A DNA stretch of 56,146 bases from Candidatus Omnitrophota bacterium. GTDB lineage: Bacteria; Ratteibacteria; UBA8468; B48-G9; DTJG01. Below are positions 10,027 through 19,697 of the stretch, in pieces; the first letter of the stretch is position 1, and every line of letters begins with the position of its first letter. Made by a program: the position numbers and the translations under genes. Below the pieces are notes generated by a model. It was not told the DNA's origin. It searched no databases and saw only the letters and a list, made by a program, of their open reading frames with translations. The stretch is from NCBI GenBank assembly GCA_023484085.1, contig JAMDAS010000025.1, positions 1 through 56,146 of the forward strand, read 5' to 3'.

Positions 10027-10653
10027 ATGCAAAAGAAAAAATTTATGCGGGTGTACCAGTTTAGAGTTACATTGAATGAAATCAATCCTTTGATTTGGCG
10101 TCAAATTCATGTTCCTGAATCCTATTCTTTCTGGGATTTGCATATTGCAATTCAGGATGTAATGCCATGGAAAGATTATCATCTTCACGAATTTAAGATA
10201 GTTAACCCTAAAACCAGCAATGTAGTGCGGATAGGTATTCCTGATGAAGAAGACCTAATAGAAGAAACGGAATGTCCCTTATTACCAGGATGGAATCTTA
10301 ATATTTTAGATTACTTTTCTCTGAATAACACAAAAGCCGATTATCTATATGATTTTGGTGATAACTGGCAACATACCATAATTTTGGAGAAAATATTGCC
10401 TAAAAAAGATGGAGTGAAATACCCTGTATGCATTGCTGGTGAAAGAGCCTGCCCACCTGAAGATTGTGGGGGAATAGGCGGATATTTTGAATTTTTGGAA
10501 GCCATCAATAATTCTTATCACGAACAACATGAAGAAATGCTTACATGGACAGGTGGAAAATTTGACCCTGAATATTTTGAACCACGCAAAGTCAAATTCT
10601 GGAATCCTCATATACGATTTAAGATTGCATTTGGAGATAAGAAAAGAATATAA
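10027..10653 (+). CDS. Plasmid pRiA4b ORF-3 family protein
   Basis: IWRQIHVP, LHIAIQDVMPW..YHLHEF, YLYDFGDNWQH and GERACPPEDCGGIGGY. Confidence 0.9.
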   Translation: MQKKKFMRVYQFRVTLNEINPLIWRQIHVPESYSFWDLHIAIQDVMPWKDYHLHEFKIVNPKTSNVVRIGIPDEEDLIEETECPLLPGWNLNILDYFSLNNTKADYLYDFGDNWQHTIILEKILPKKDGVKYPVCIAGERACPPEDCGGIGGYFEFLEAINNSYHEQHEEMLTWTGGKFDPEYFEPRKVKFWNPHIRFKIAFGDKKRI

Positions 10654-10901
10654 CATATCCAAGTAATTCTTTTTCATGATATATAAAAACAGGAAGAGAA
10701 CGAAATTTTGTAATAAAATAATATGTTATTGGACACCAGAGGCAATTTCAAAAAAGGATAAAACATCATACAAAATATGAATTAGAAAATGTTGCAAAAG
10801 CAATACTGATTTCTTCCGAACAGATAATGTTAATTTTGCTTAAATGATGAGGAATAAAAAGAATGATTGATGTAATTACAATTAAAAGATAAAATATAAA
10901 G

Positions 10902-12047
10902 ATGAATCGGGTTGAAATTAATCCTAATCTTATACGCTGGGCTTATGAACGTGCTGGGTATGTTGTTACTGATTTAGAACGCAAATTTCCAAAATTATTG
11001 GCTTGGGGACGTGGCGAAACATATCCAACCCTAAAACAGATTGAATCTTTTGCCAAAGCCACACACACGCCTGTGGGTTATTTCTTTCTTCAAGAACCAC
11101 CTGTTGAGAAAATACCAATTCCTGATTTTCGCACAATTGAAAAAAAAGGTTTCAGCCATCCATCTCCTGATTTGTTGGATACTATATATATCTGTCAGCA
11201 ACGTCAAGAATGGTACAGAGATTATGCCCGTTTTGCCGGTGAAAAACCATTGAGTCTTGTTGGTTCTATCCGTTTGGACGATAACATTATTTTGACAGCG
11301 ACAAAAATTCGTAACATACTAAACTTTGATGTAGAGGAACGGCACCAGATGTTAACATGGACAGATGCACTTCGGCATTTTATTGAGCAGGCAAATAATG
11401 TTGGTATTTTGGTAATGTGCAATAGTGTAGTTAATAACAATAACCATAGACACCTGGACCCTGAAGAATTTCATGGATTTGCCATAGCGGATAATCTTGC
11501 TCCATTAATATTTATCAATGGAGGAGATACCAAATCCGCACAGATGTTTACATTGGCACACGAACTTGCTCATATTTGGTTAGGCCAATCCGCAGTTTCC
11601 AATGCTCAACTCGATATTGTTCCAAATCAACATACAGAACGCTGGTGCAATCAAGTGGCTGCTGAATTATTGGTGCCACTTGATTTAATGAAACAAGAAT
11701 ACAAAAAAACTGCCGACCTGCAAAATGAGGTCAACCGATTGGCAAAATATTTCAAGGTCAGTACCCTAGTAATTTTACGTCGCATCTATGATGCAGGAAA
11801 ACTTACAGACGAAAAATTTCAGGATGCTTATCAACGAGAAATTAAACGCTTAGTCACAATTCCCCGGGGAACAGGCGGTGATTTTTATTTAACGTTGGGT
11901 ACACGTATGAGTAAACGTTTTACCAAAGCCCTAATCTCTAGTACATTAGAGGGGCGAACATCGTTTACTGAATCGTTTAGATTGCTTGGCGTAAAAAAAA
12001 TGGAGACCTTTAATCATCTTAGTCAAGATTTGGGGGTACATAAATAA
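10902..12047 (+). CDS. XRE-HTH plus ImmA/IrrE (DUF955) metallo-endopeptidase
   Basis: N-terminal HTH (PTLKQIESFAKA), FTLAHELAH zinc motif and ERWCNQVAAELLVP. Confidence 0.9.
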   Translation: MNRVEINPNLIRWAYERAGYVVTDLERKFPKLLAWGRGETYPTLKQIESFAKATHTPVGYFFLQEPPVEKIPIPDFRTIEKKGFSHPSPDLLDTIYICQQRQEWYRDYARFAGEKPLSLVGSIRLDDNIILTATKIRNILNFDVEERHQMLTWTDALRHFIEQANNVGILVMCNSVVNNNNHRHLDPEEFHGFAIADNLAPLIFINGGDTKSAQMFTLAHELAHIWLGQSAVSNAQLDIVPNQHTERWCNQVAAELLVPLDLMKQEYKKTADLQNEVNRLAKYFKVSTLVILRRIYDAGKLTDEKFQDAYQREIKRLVTIPRGTGGDFYLTLGTRMSKRFTKALISSTLEGRTSFTESFRLLGVKKMETFNHLSQDLGVHK

Positions 12048-12322
12048 TGGCATATATTCTCGATGCCGATGTTTTTATTAGCGCAAAAAATTTACACTAT
12101 GGGCTGGATTTTTGTCCGGCTTTTTGGAACTGGCTCATTAAAGAAAATGCAACTGGAAATTTATATAGTATTGAAAAAGTTGGTGATGAGGTTTTTGCAC
12201 TCGAAGATGATTTATCAAAATGGGCAAAAACTCTAAGTTCCAGTTTTTTTCTTAAACCTGATGCTAGCATAGTTGCAGCGTTAGCTGAAGTTAGTACTTG
12301 TATACTGTTCCCCATTAGTTGA
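12047..12322 (+). pseudogene. DUF4411-family PIN-like protein, C-terminally truncated
   Basis: YILDADVFISAKNLHYGLDFCPAFWNWL is the usual N-terminus of the partner of XRE-ImmA genes. Only 91 aa, lacking the later ADP..IA / KIP motifs. Confidence 0.7.
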
Positions 12323-12493
12323 GCAGGTAGAATAAGTGTAGAATTGCGTTGTGCCATAATAAATCTATCCCAAGAAAAATCATTGTATCAAAATTAATAT
12401 TCATTTCCATCAAATCTCTTGAAAATGCTATAATTAGTAAAATTTATTAAGATAAATATATTAAAAAGGGAAAATCCCATTAAGGAATAAAAC

Positions 12494-12940
12494 ATGAAAA
12501 TAGAATTTACCAAAGAACAATTTGAGATTTTATTAAAGGTGACATATTTCGGGAATTGGATGGCAAATGCTCATCGTACAGAGGAACAAATTAAAAAATA
12601 TGAGGAAATGGAAGATTATATTTTTTCTTTTGCTAAACAGTTTGGATTTGATAAATATGTTGATGATGAAGAAAGCGAAAAGAGAAAATTTTATCCAACA
12701 AGAATATTTGAAGAGGAAACTGACATACAAGAATTAATTGAAGAATATGATAAAGAAACTTTTTGGGATGAACTAATTAACCGTCTTGGCGAACGAGATT
12801 TTTACAAAAAATATGGAATAGAAAAAATCAAAAAAATGAACAGGGATGAGCGGTTTAAAAAATTAAATGAATGTATTAATGACTGGATAGATGAAATTAA
12901 CCAATATGGTATAGATAGGCTAAAAATTGTTAAAGATTAA
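12494..12940 (+). CDS. Hypothetical acidic protein
   Basis: 148-aa ORF with AAGGA RBS, upstream TGCTATAAT and host-like codon use. Confidence 0.7.
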   Translation: MKIEFTKEQFEILLKVTYFGNWMANAHRTEEQIKKYEEMEDYIFSFAKQFGFDKYVDDEESEKRKFYPTRIFEEETDIQELIEEYDKETFWDELINRLGERDFYKKYGIEKIKKMNRDERFKKLNECINDWIDEINQYGIDRLKIVKD

Positions 12941-12947
12941 ACAGCCT

Positions 12948-13030
12948 GGAGGGTTAGGCTAACGGTAAGTCAGCGGACTTGAAATCCGCCGTCCTTTTCG
13001 GACATGGGGGTTCAAATCCCTCACCCTCCG
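12948..13030 (+). tRNA. tRNA-Ser (TGA), CCA not encoded
   Basis: Acceptor stem GGAGGGT/ACCCTCC with G discriminator, anticodon arm GCGGA-CTTGAAA-TCCGC, long variable arm, and T arm GGGGG-TTCAAAT-CCCTC. Confidence 0.9.
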
Positions 13031-13196
13031 ATTAGTAATCTTCATTGAAAAGGGATTTGAACTTGAGCGAAGTAAGTGAATTGTGAGTAGGCGTAACAAT
13101 TCACAGCGCTTGTCCGACAAGTAGTGTGGCGGAAATGGCCGACCCCGAGCGTAGTGGGAGCGAGGGGCGCTCAAATCCCTCACCCTCCGATTAGTA
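13012..13196 (+). repeat. 26-bp direct repeat of the tRNA 3' end flanking a 133-bp structured insert
   Basis: TCAAATCCCTCACCCTCCGATTAGTA at 13012-13037 and 13171-13196. Inverted T-arm copy AGGGATTTGAAC at 13051-13062. Confidence 0.9.
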
Positions 13197-13251
13197 GGTA
13201 TATTCCGAGCACATTCTTAACACTTTTTTAAGGAATATTTTTTCAATTTAC

Positions 13252-13280
13252 TTGATACGTATGTATTTATGTTGTATAAT
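13252..13280 (+). promoter_or_regulatory. sigma70 promoter of the XRE gene
   Basis: TTGATA, 17-bp spacer, TATAAT. Confidence 0.65.
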
Positions 13281-13307
13281 TATCACAACAATACAAAAGG
13301 GGGAAAT

Positions 13308-13697
13308 ATGACTAAAATTCAGACAGATACGTTTGGACGATTTTTTGAATCCTTGCGGCAGCTAGAACATTTGACTTTGCGGGAATTTTGTCGAAAAGCT
13401 CATGCTGATCCGGCAAATATCAGCCGTATGGAACGAGGTGCAATATTTCCACCTAAAAATCACGAAATTCTTGAACGATATGCCATAGCTCTTGGTCTTC
13501 AGGAAGGCACAGATAATTGGTATAGATTTTTTGATCTCGCTGCAGTAGCACAAGGTATTGTGCCTAAAGATATACTTTCTGATCAAGAACTTAAAAAATC
13601 TTTGCCTGCATTTTTTCGTACATTGCGTGGCCAGAAACCTACACCTGAAGAAATGAAGCGCATTGCAGAAAAAATAAGAAAAGGCGGACATGATTAA
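13308..13697 (+). CDS. XRE-family HTH transcriptional regulator
   Basis: TFGRFFESLRQ...TLREFCRKAHADPANISRMERG. Start placed at ATG 13308 after the GGGGG RBS. Confidence 0.85.
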   Translation: MTKIQTDTFGRFFESLRQLEHLTLREFCRKAHADPANISRMERGAIFPPKNHEILERYAIALGLQEGTDNWYRFFDLAAVAQGIVPKDILSDQELKKSLPAFFRTLRGQKPTPEEMKRIAEKIRKGGHD

Positions 13698-14155
13698 TGG
13701 AGCTACAAAGTTTTAAGGCGCCATTTATTACTCCAGAGGAAGCATGGAATGAGGCTGATCGGGTTCGTTCTATTTCCTGGCCTTCGGGTAAAGTTCCAAT
13801 AGACATTGAAGAAATTCTTGGGCATTTTATCCTTCATAAAGATATTTATAAAAGTATTAATCATGCCTCTATTAAAGAATGGATTGAATTTGTTCAATTT
13901 ATGCCAGAAGACCAATATGCTTACATTGAGCAGCATGCCTATGAATTTGCCGGACGACTGCTTGTTCCAACTGACAGATTAAAGCAGGAATTGTATCAGG
14001 CATATAGAAAAGCTAAGGAAGCAGGTTTTATGGATTGGGAAAAATCCGGGGATGCGGCAAGGGAGTACATCGCAAGTTCCATATGTAGAGTTTTTGGAGT
14101 TTCGAGTGCCGTAATTGAGAAAAGAATAATTAGAGAACAACATAAATTAGAATAG
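13697..14155 (+). pseudogene. ImmA/IrrE-family peptidase with in-frame internal deletion
   Basis: VPIDIEEI is joined directly to LGHFILH (HExxH incomplete), followed by EQHAYEFAGRLLVP. Coupled to the XRE gene. Confidence 0.7.
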
Positions 14156-14214
14156 GATATTTTATATTTGCTAATATTATATATTACCAATATAATCATA
14201 GCATAACTGAAAAT

Positions 14215-14277
14215 AAACTCAAAGACCGCCTTTCATCTCCGCCCTGTCAGACCGGGGACTTCCCGGCGGTTGAGTTA
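14215..14277. repeat. GC-rich intergenic hairpin (REP- or IS200/IS605-end-like)
   Basis: AACTCAA..ACCGCC ... GGCGGT.TGAGTT outer stem in an AT-rich background. Confidence 0.5.
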
Positions 14278-14289
14278 AAGGAAATCAAT

Positions 14290-15390
14290 ATGAAATTCAA
14301 TGGTATTAATAACGGATTTGCCAATATAGCAAGGTTGTCAGATGCAGAAACAAGAATAATAACCGCAGAAAACGTTTATGGAGAAAAAGGCCTGGGTGGA
14401 ATGGCAGAAGTTTCAGATATACCCCAGGAGGAAGTTGTTAAAATAGGACAGAAGTGGGATGGACCTAATTCTTGTGCAAGAGACCTTGGAAAAAAATGGA
14501 AGGTCCGTCCCTGTATTACCCTTCCTTCAAAAAGCACCACGACAATTATGGATATTGACGGGCAGGGCTGTATCCAGCATATATGGATAACCGTTGACAG
14601 CAAGGTATACAGGGATTTGATAATCCGTATTTACTGGGATAATGAAAAAAATCCAAGTGTTGAAGTGCCCGTTGGGGATTTTTTTTGTAATGGCTTTAAT
14701 ACCAGGACTAACATACTTTCAATTCCAATCAACGTAAATCCTTCAGGAGGGTTTAATTGTTACTTCCCTATGCCATTTAAAAAACACGCCAAAATAACTG
14801 TTGAAAACAGGGCTCCTTTTGACCAGGGTGGATTCTTTTATGCAATAACGTATGCTTTAACCCAAATAGATAATGACGAAGCATATTTTCATGCTCAGTT
14901 TAGAAGAAAAAATCCTCTAATCTATATGGAGGATTACGTTATTCTTGACAACGTTAAGGGACAGGGCCACTATGTTGGAACAGGGATTGCCTGGCAGCAG
15001 AATAACAGCGGATGGTGGGGTGAAGGGGAAATAAAAATATTTTTGGATGGAGATAAGGAATTTCCCACAATCTGTGGAACAGGGACTGAAGACTATTTTG
15101 GAGGAGCATGGGGCTTTGGGCAGAATTTTAGTGCTCCATTTCTTGGATATCCCTCAGGCATCTGTGATGGAAAACCTGGTAACAGGCACATACTTTACAG
15201 GTTTCATATAATGGATCCTATCCGTTTCAAAAAAGACATCAAGGTAATCATCCAGGCAATTGGCTGGCGCAGTGGAGGCAGGTATCTTCCCTTGCAGGAT
15301 GACATATCCTCAGTAGCGTACTGGTACCAGACTGAACCGCATAATGAATTTCCGGCACTTGGCAGCCATGATGAGTTAGAGGTTATCTAA
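14290..15390 (+). CDS. DUF2961 / glycoside hydrolase family 172
   Basis: GCIQHIWIT, PSVEVPVGDFF, NCYFPMPF, WWGEGE, GTGTEDYFGGAW and SSVAYWYQ. Confidence 0.9.
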   Translation: MKFNGINNGFANIARLSDAETRIITAENVYGEKGLGGMAEVSDIPQEEVVKIGQKWDGPNSCARDLGKKWKVRPCITLPSKSTTTIMDIDGQGCIQHIWITVDSKVYRDLIIRIYWDNEKNPSVEVPVGDFFCNGFNTRTNILSIPINVNPSGGFNCYFPMPFKKHAKITVENRAPFDQGGFFYAITYALTQIDNDEAYFHAQFRRKNPLIYMEDYVILDNVKGQGHYVGTGIAWQQNNSGWWGEGEIKIFLDGDKEFPTICGTGTEDYFGGAWGFGQNFSAPFLGYPSGICDGKPGNRHILYRFHIMDPIRFKKDIKVIIQAIGWRSGGRYLPLQDDISSVAYWYQTEPHNEFPALGSHDELEVI

Positions 15391-16445
15391 ATTTTTTTTG
15401 AGACGCTGGCACTTTCAAAGGTCGCCATTTCATTAAGTATTTTCAGACTCACGTCGACAAAACCTATACCAAGAGCAGCACCTGTTCCTTCACCGAGTCT
15501 CATGTCAAGATTGAAAAGAGGCTTTAACCCAAGATAATCAAGTATTATTTTATGACCGGGTTCTACTGAATAGTGGCTTGCAATGATGAAATCCCTGACT
15601 TTTGGCTCAATAAGTGCTGCAAGCAGCGCTGCCGCGCCGGAAATAAATCCATCTATGACGATAGGAATCCTGAAGTAGGCGCCGGCAAGAATAATTCCTG
15701 TCATGCCGCCAATCTCAAATCCCCCTATTTTTGAAAGTATGTCAATACCATCTTTGGAATTTGGTTTTCTTTTTTTTAGTCCTTCCTTGATAACCCGTAT
15801 CTTGTTGTTTAGCAATGTATCATCAATGCCCGTGCCTCTTCCAGTGACAATTTTCACAGATTTGCCTGTCACAAATGCTGTAATTGCTGAAGACGGGGTT
15901 GTATTTCCTATTCCCATTTCTCCTGTTCCAACAATATCAAGTCCGTTTTTAATCTCGTCTTCCACAAGTTCAATGCCTGTCTCTATGGATTTTATTGCCT
16001 CCTGTTTTGTCATTGCATCTTCTTTAAAGAAATTTTTTGTTCCGAAATTTATTTTTTTGTCTTTAAAATTTGGACTGTCGCTTTTAATCTTTTCCTTTAC
16101 ACCTATGTCAACAACTATAACCTTGCAGCCTGTATATTTTGAAATGACATTTATTCCTGCACCGCCGCCAAGGAAGTTATAGACCATCTGGGGGGTTACT
16201 TCCTGGGGATATGCGCTGACGTTTTCTTCTACAATTCCATGGTCTCCTGCCAAAGTAAAAACAGTCTTTTTTTCAATTTTGGGATATTCTTTTTCTGTTA
16301 TCCCTGCTACCTGTTTTGCAATTTCTTCAAGCCTTCCAAGGCTTCCCTGGGGTTTGGTGAGGTTATCAAGATGTTTTTGTGTTTTTTCCATAACGGTTTT
16401 ATTTAATTCTCCTACCCCCTTTTTTATTTTTTCCATTTTTTCCAT
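15387..16445 (-). CDS. cobT: Nicotinate-nucleotide--dimethylbenzimidazole phosphoribosyltransferase
   Basis: LTKPQGSLGRLE, DHG, GEMGIGNTT, GGFEI and MRLGEGTGA. Confidence 0.96.
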   Translation of the reverse strand: MEKMEKIKKGVGELNKTVMEKTQKHLDNLTKPQGSLGRLEEIAKQVAGITEKEYPKIEKKTVFTLAGDHGIVEENVSAYPQEVTPQMVYNFLGGGAGINVISKYTGCKVIVVDIGVKEKIKSDSPNFKDKKINFGTKNFFKEDAMTKQEAIKSIETGIELVEDEIKNGLDIVGTGEMGIGNTTPSSAITAFVTGKSVKIVTGRGTGIDDTLLNNKIRVIKEGLKKRKPNSKDGIDILSKIGGFEIGGMTGIILAGAYFRIPIVIDGFISGAAALLAALIEPKVRDFIIASHYSVEPGHKIILDYLGLKPLFNLDMRLGEGTGAALGIGFVDVSLKILNEMATFESASVSKKI

Positions 16446-16484
16446 TTCTTTCTCCTTTTTAAAATAAGTTTGGACTGTCTTTAA

Positions 16485-17009
16485 TTATTTATTCTTAATT
16501 TTTACCGGTATGCCGGCAGTCATAAGATATACCTCATCACTTTTTTTTGCAATAGTCTGGTGAACCCTGCCCATTATATCCCTGAATTCTCTTGCAATTT
16601 TATTGGTTGGGACTATTCCGGAACCTACTTCTGTAGAAACGATTATCACGGAGGAATTTATTTTTTTGGCAGATTCCATTATTTTGTTCGCCTCTTCCAT
16701 TATGTTTTTTTCTTTGTACTTTTTCATCATCAGATTTGATACCCATAGAGTAAGACAATCAATAATGACAGATTTTGCAGAGGTGATTTTTTCCAAAGCC
16801 AATGAAAGATTATAATATTCCTCAATGGTTTTCCATTTTGCAGGCCTGATTTTTTTATGATTCAGGACTCTTTCTTTCATTTCCCTGTCCTGTGGATTAC
16901 ACGTTGCGATAAAGGAAACGTTTTTGGAAATTTTATTTGCCAGGGCAACCGCAAAACTGCTTTTTCCGCTTCGTGCCCCGCCTATAATAAAGATTATCTT
17001 TTTTTTCAT
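16485..17009 (-). CDS. cobU: Adenosylcobinamide kinase / cobinamide-phosphate guanylyltransferase
   Basis: GGARSGKS, DCLTLWVSN, EVGSGIVP, FRDIMG and AGIP. Confidence 0.95.
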   Translation of the reverse strand: MKKKIIFIIGGARSGKSSFAVALANKISKNVSFIATCNPQDREMKERVLNHKKIRPAKWKTIEEYYNLSLALEKITSAKSVIIDCLTLWVSNLMMKKYKEKNIMEEANKIMESAKKINSSVIIVSTEVGSGIVPTNKIAREFRDIMGRVHQTIAKKSDEVYLMTAGIPVKIKNK

Positions 17010-17012
17010 TTT

Positions 17013-19697
17013 TTTCTCCTTGCCTCTTCAGGGTTCTTATATTTTGATTGAAATAATTTCCCCTTTTCTAATCAATGCATCACACCAGGATACGTTATTT
17101 TTATCATACCACTCAATTTTAATTATTTTTCCATTCAGGGTTATTTCAGGTTTAACTGGCGAATGTATCTTCAGACTGGTATGAACGTCCTGTTTTACCG
17201 TAAAATAAATTTCTTTTTGTTTTGACGTAAAACTACAGATTTCCGCTCCAATCGCTTTAAGAAGTACCGGTGTTTTAAAATCTGCTGTTCCCCGTGTGAC
17301 CGCTAAAGAATGCGTTTTATCATCATTCAGATATTCAGACGGAATTTTCATTGTTCCATGAAACTGTTTACCATCAATGATAAATTTTGATACGTAACTG
17401 CCTTTTCCTTTTATATTGATGTTCCATTTACCTTTACGGAATTTAAAATTTGAAACGTTCATGCCTCCGGATATTGCACAAGGTACGTATTCAAATCCGC
17501 CAATGTCGCATTGAATACCAATCAGTGTTTCAAATATACCTGAATAAACCGCCCTTATTCCAAATGCCTGCCAGTTTGCTCGCTGGGTGATATCGCCTTC
17601 TGCATCCGTAAGATTAAGGCTTTCAATCTGTGCCTTGTTCTTGTTAAAATGGTAAAGATATACCTTCATCATCCTTTCTATTTCTTCTGAACAGCCGGCT
17701 GTTTGTTGTGTACGCATTTCATGTGCAGCGTGCTGAAGCATAATAACGTTTTTCCACATTTCATGTGCCTCATCCCAGTAAGGGATAGCGCTACGTCCCG
17801 CAGGATGATATAATTGTTCTGATTGAAACCTTGAGATTGTTTTTATGCACGGGTAAAGTAATCTTTCACCATAGGCAAAATCCATCCCGAGCGTGGCTGT
17901 ATTTTGAAAGGTTGAAATTTTTTGTCCTGTCCCTGCTTCTACTGATGAATACAAATATCCATGGTCAGGATTATAAAAGGTATTCAGATAATTCTTCTGA
18001 ATCAGTTGCCATTGTTTTTCTGCTTGTTGAGATATTTCTGTGTCCCCATTTCTTAATGCCAAGTTTTCCATGGCACGGCAGGCATCATACCACAGGGAAT
18101 TAAGGCAACATGGTAATACGTTACCATTAATTCCAATTTCAGCAGGGTCATCCACCCCGCAGGCTCCATCAGCACTAAGAAAACCATTTTGTCCGGAACG
18201 TGCCAAATATTCAATAAACAGACGTTTCAGGTGCCCATAAATTTCATTTTCAAAATTCCGGTCTGCAGAAATGGCAATGATATCCTCTGATATAAGAATT
18301 TCAAATAGAGCAAAATAGATAAATTCATATTTTTTTTCTTTCCCGCTTAAAAGTGATAATGGATATAGAATAAGCTTTTTGGCTGTTTCATAATCGCCCA
18401 TCAGCAAAAAAGCTTTTGCAGGCCACACCTGGTCCCAAAGATTAAAAAAACCGTACTTATGTGTAGCGGCCCTGATACATAATTCAGTCTGTGTTTCAGC
18501 AAGAAGCATTGATTTTAGAAATGATGGGGATGTTTTACTGAACGTATGAACGTCAGGGAAATCCAATGCTTTTAACGTAGTACTTTTTTCTGAATATGAA
18601 ATACTTTCCTGTATATGGGTTGAAAATATTTTATCAAAATCACTGAATACCTTTTTGCTACTAAATAATGCTTCTTGCCGTGTCCCGGCAATCGTCAGAC
18701 CCAGTCTGATTTTCTTTATATTATCCCAGGGAATAGTTAAAAAATATTTACATTTGTTCTCGGAAAAACTTATTGGAGCATTAGAAGTAAACAATATGGA
18801 TACAGGTTTTGTTCCATATAAAAACTTCATGCTGCCATCCATTACAAACCCATTACATTCATTGTCAAATCCGATAAAATTCCATTTTTGCTCATATTCA
18901 GGGTTTTCTTTAAAAGGAGGATTTTCCATGTTATCGCCACCCTCAGCCAATTGATGTTTCAATGTATAAGCTTTTCCCTGGAATATATGTGCCTTGTTAA
19001 TAGCAATAATAAGATTTTTCCGATTCGGGAATTGATTTGTAAATGCAAACAGGATGTCGGTTTTGATGACTGCCATGTCATAAGTGGTCCTGTGTCCAAA
19101 ACGAAATGATTGACTTGTGAATCCTGATGGATAAAGACGCAGACTATCCGGAACGTGGAAAATATTTCTTCCGGATTTTTCATCGTTTGATATAGTGGTG
19201 GATATAAACTGTACGGCAGGTCCATAAAGAACTCTTTTTTCATAAATTTTTTCTTCTTTCATAAAAATAATCGGAGTATATCCTCTATCCGGATACATTT
19301 TCCCATCCTTTTCCAAAATATCAAGGCAGCATAATGTATTGATACCACCGTTTTTTTCCACTACCATTGAAACCTGTCCATCAGTAAAGCAATAATAAAC
19401 GTCAGGAAATCCTTTTTTCAAATCAAAAAAACCCGCTTTGTTTATTTTTTCTCTTTTCATTTTTTCTCAACTTTTATGTAAATATTCAGTGAACCCCGTC
19501 TGTGCACTGTGCCCAAACATAAGGAAATTCACTTTTAATTTAGAAATAAATTTAGCATAAAACTTTATAAATTGGAAATATTCAAAAATGGTAAATATTC
19601 AGTAAACACCCTTGTACTAAATTAAAACTATTTATAGCCCCCTCAAGAATTTGTCGAATTTATTTTTTCCTTTTGAATTTCTCCTTGCCTCTTCAGG
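17013..19697. mobile_element. Inserted single-gene cassette bounded by exact 20-bp direct repeats
   Basis: TTTCTCCTTGCCTCTTCAGG at 17013-17032 and 19678-19697. Removing one repeat plus the insert restores a btuD...PEEARRKK*/cobU ATGA overlap. Confidence 0.8.
17037..19460 (-). CDS. Putative (alpha/alpha)6-barrel glycoside hydrolase-like protein, cytoplasmic
   Basis: Six-hairpin-like pattern (YGFFNLWDQVW, LLMGDYETAK, NSLWYDACRAM..LA...GD, NTFYNPDHGYL) with beta-rich ends. No signal peptide. Confidence 0.55.
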   Translation of the reverse strand: MKREKINKAGFFDLKKGFPDVYYCFTDGQVSMVVEKNGGINTLCCLDILEKDGKMYPDRGYTPIIFMKEEKIYEKRVLYGPAVQFISTTISNDEKSGRNIFHVPDSLRLYPSGFTSQSFRFGHRTTYDMAVIKTDILFAFTNQFPNRKNLIIAINKAHIFQGKAYTLKHQLAEGGDNMENPPFKENPEYEQKWNFIGFDNECNGFVMDGSMKFLYGTKPVSILFTSNAPISFSENKCKYFLTIPWDNIKKIRLGLTIAGTRQEALFSSKKVFSDFDKIFSTHIQESISYSEKSTTLKALDFPDVHTFSKTSPSFLKSMLLAETQTELCIRAATHKYGFFNLWDQVWPAKAFLLMGDYETAKKLILYPLSLLSGKEKKYEFIYFALFEILISEDIIAISADRNFENEIYGHLKRLFIEYLARSGQNGFLSADGACGVDDPAEIGINGNVLPCCLNSLWYDACRAMENLALRNGDTEISQQAEKQWQLIQKNYLNTFYNPDHGYLYSSVEAGTGQKISTFQNTATLGMDFAYGERLLYPCIKTISRFQSEQLYHPAGRSAIPYWDEAHEMWKNVIMLQHAAHEMRTQQTAGCSEEIERMMKVYLYHFNKNKAQIESLNLTDAEGDITQRANWQAFGIRAVYSGIFETLIGIQCDIGGFEYVPCAISGGMNVSNFKFRKGKWNINIKGKGSYVSKFIIDGKQFHGTMKIPSEYLNDDKTHSLAVTRGTADFKTPVLLKAIGAEICSFTSKQKEIYFTVKQDVHTSLKIHSPVKPEITLNGKIIKIEWYDKNNVSWCDALIRKGEIISIKI

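Noticed and set aside
10660-10860. Possible eroded gene fragment between the pRiA4b and ImmA genes
   Set aside because: Short broken frames with no identifiable family.
12959-13183. 74-aa minus-strand ORF
   Set aside because: Antisense to the tRNA and its repeat element.
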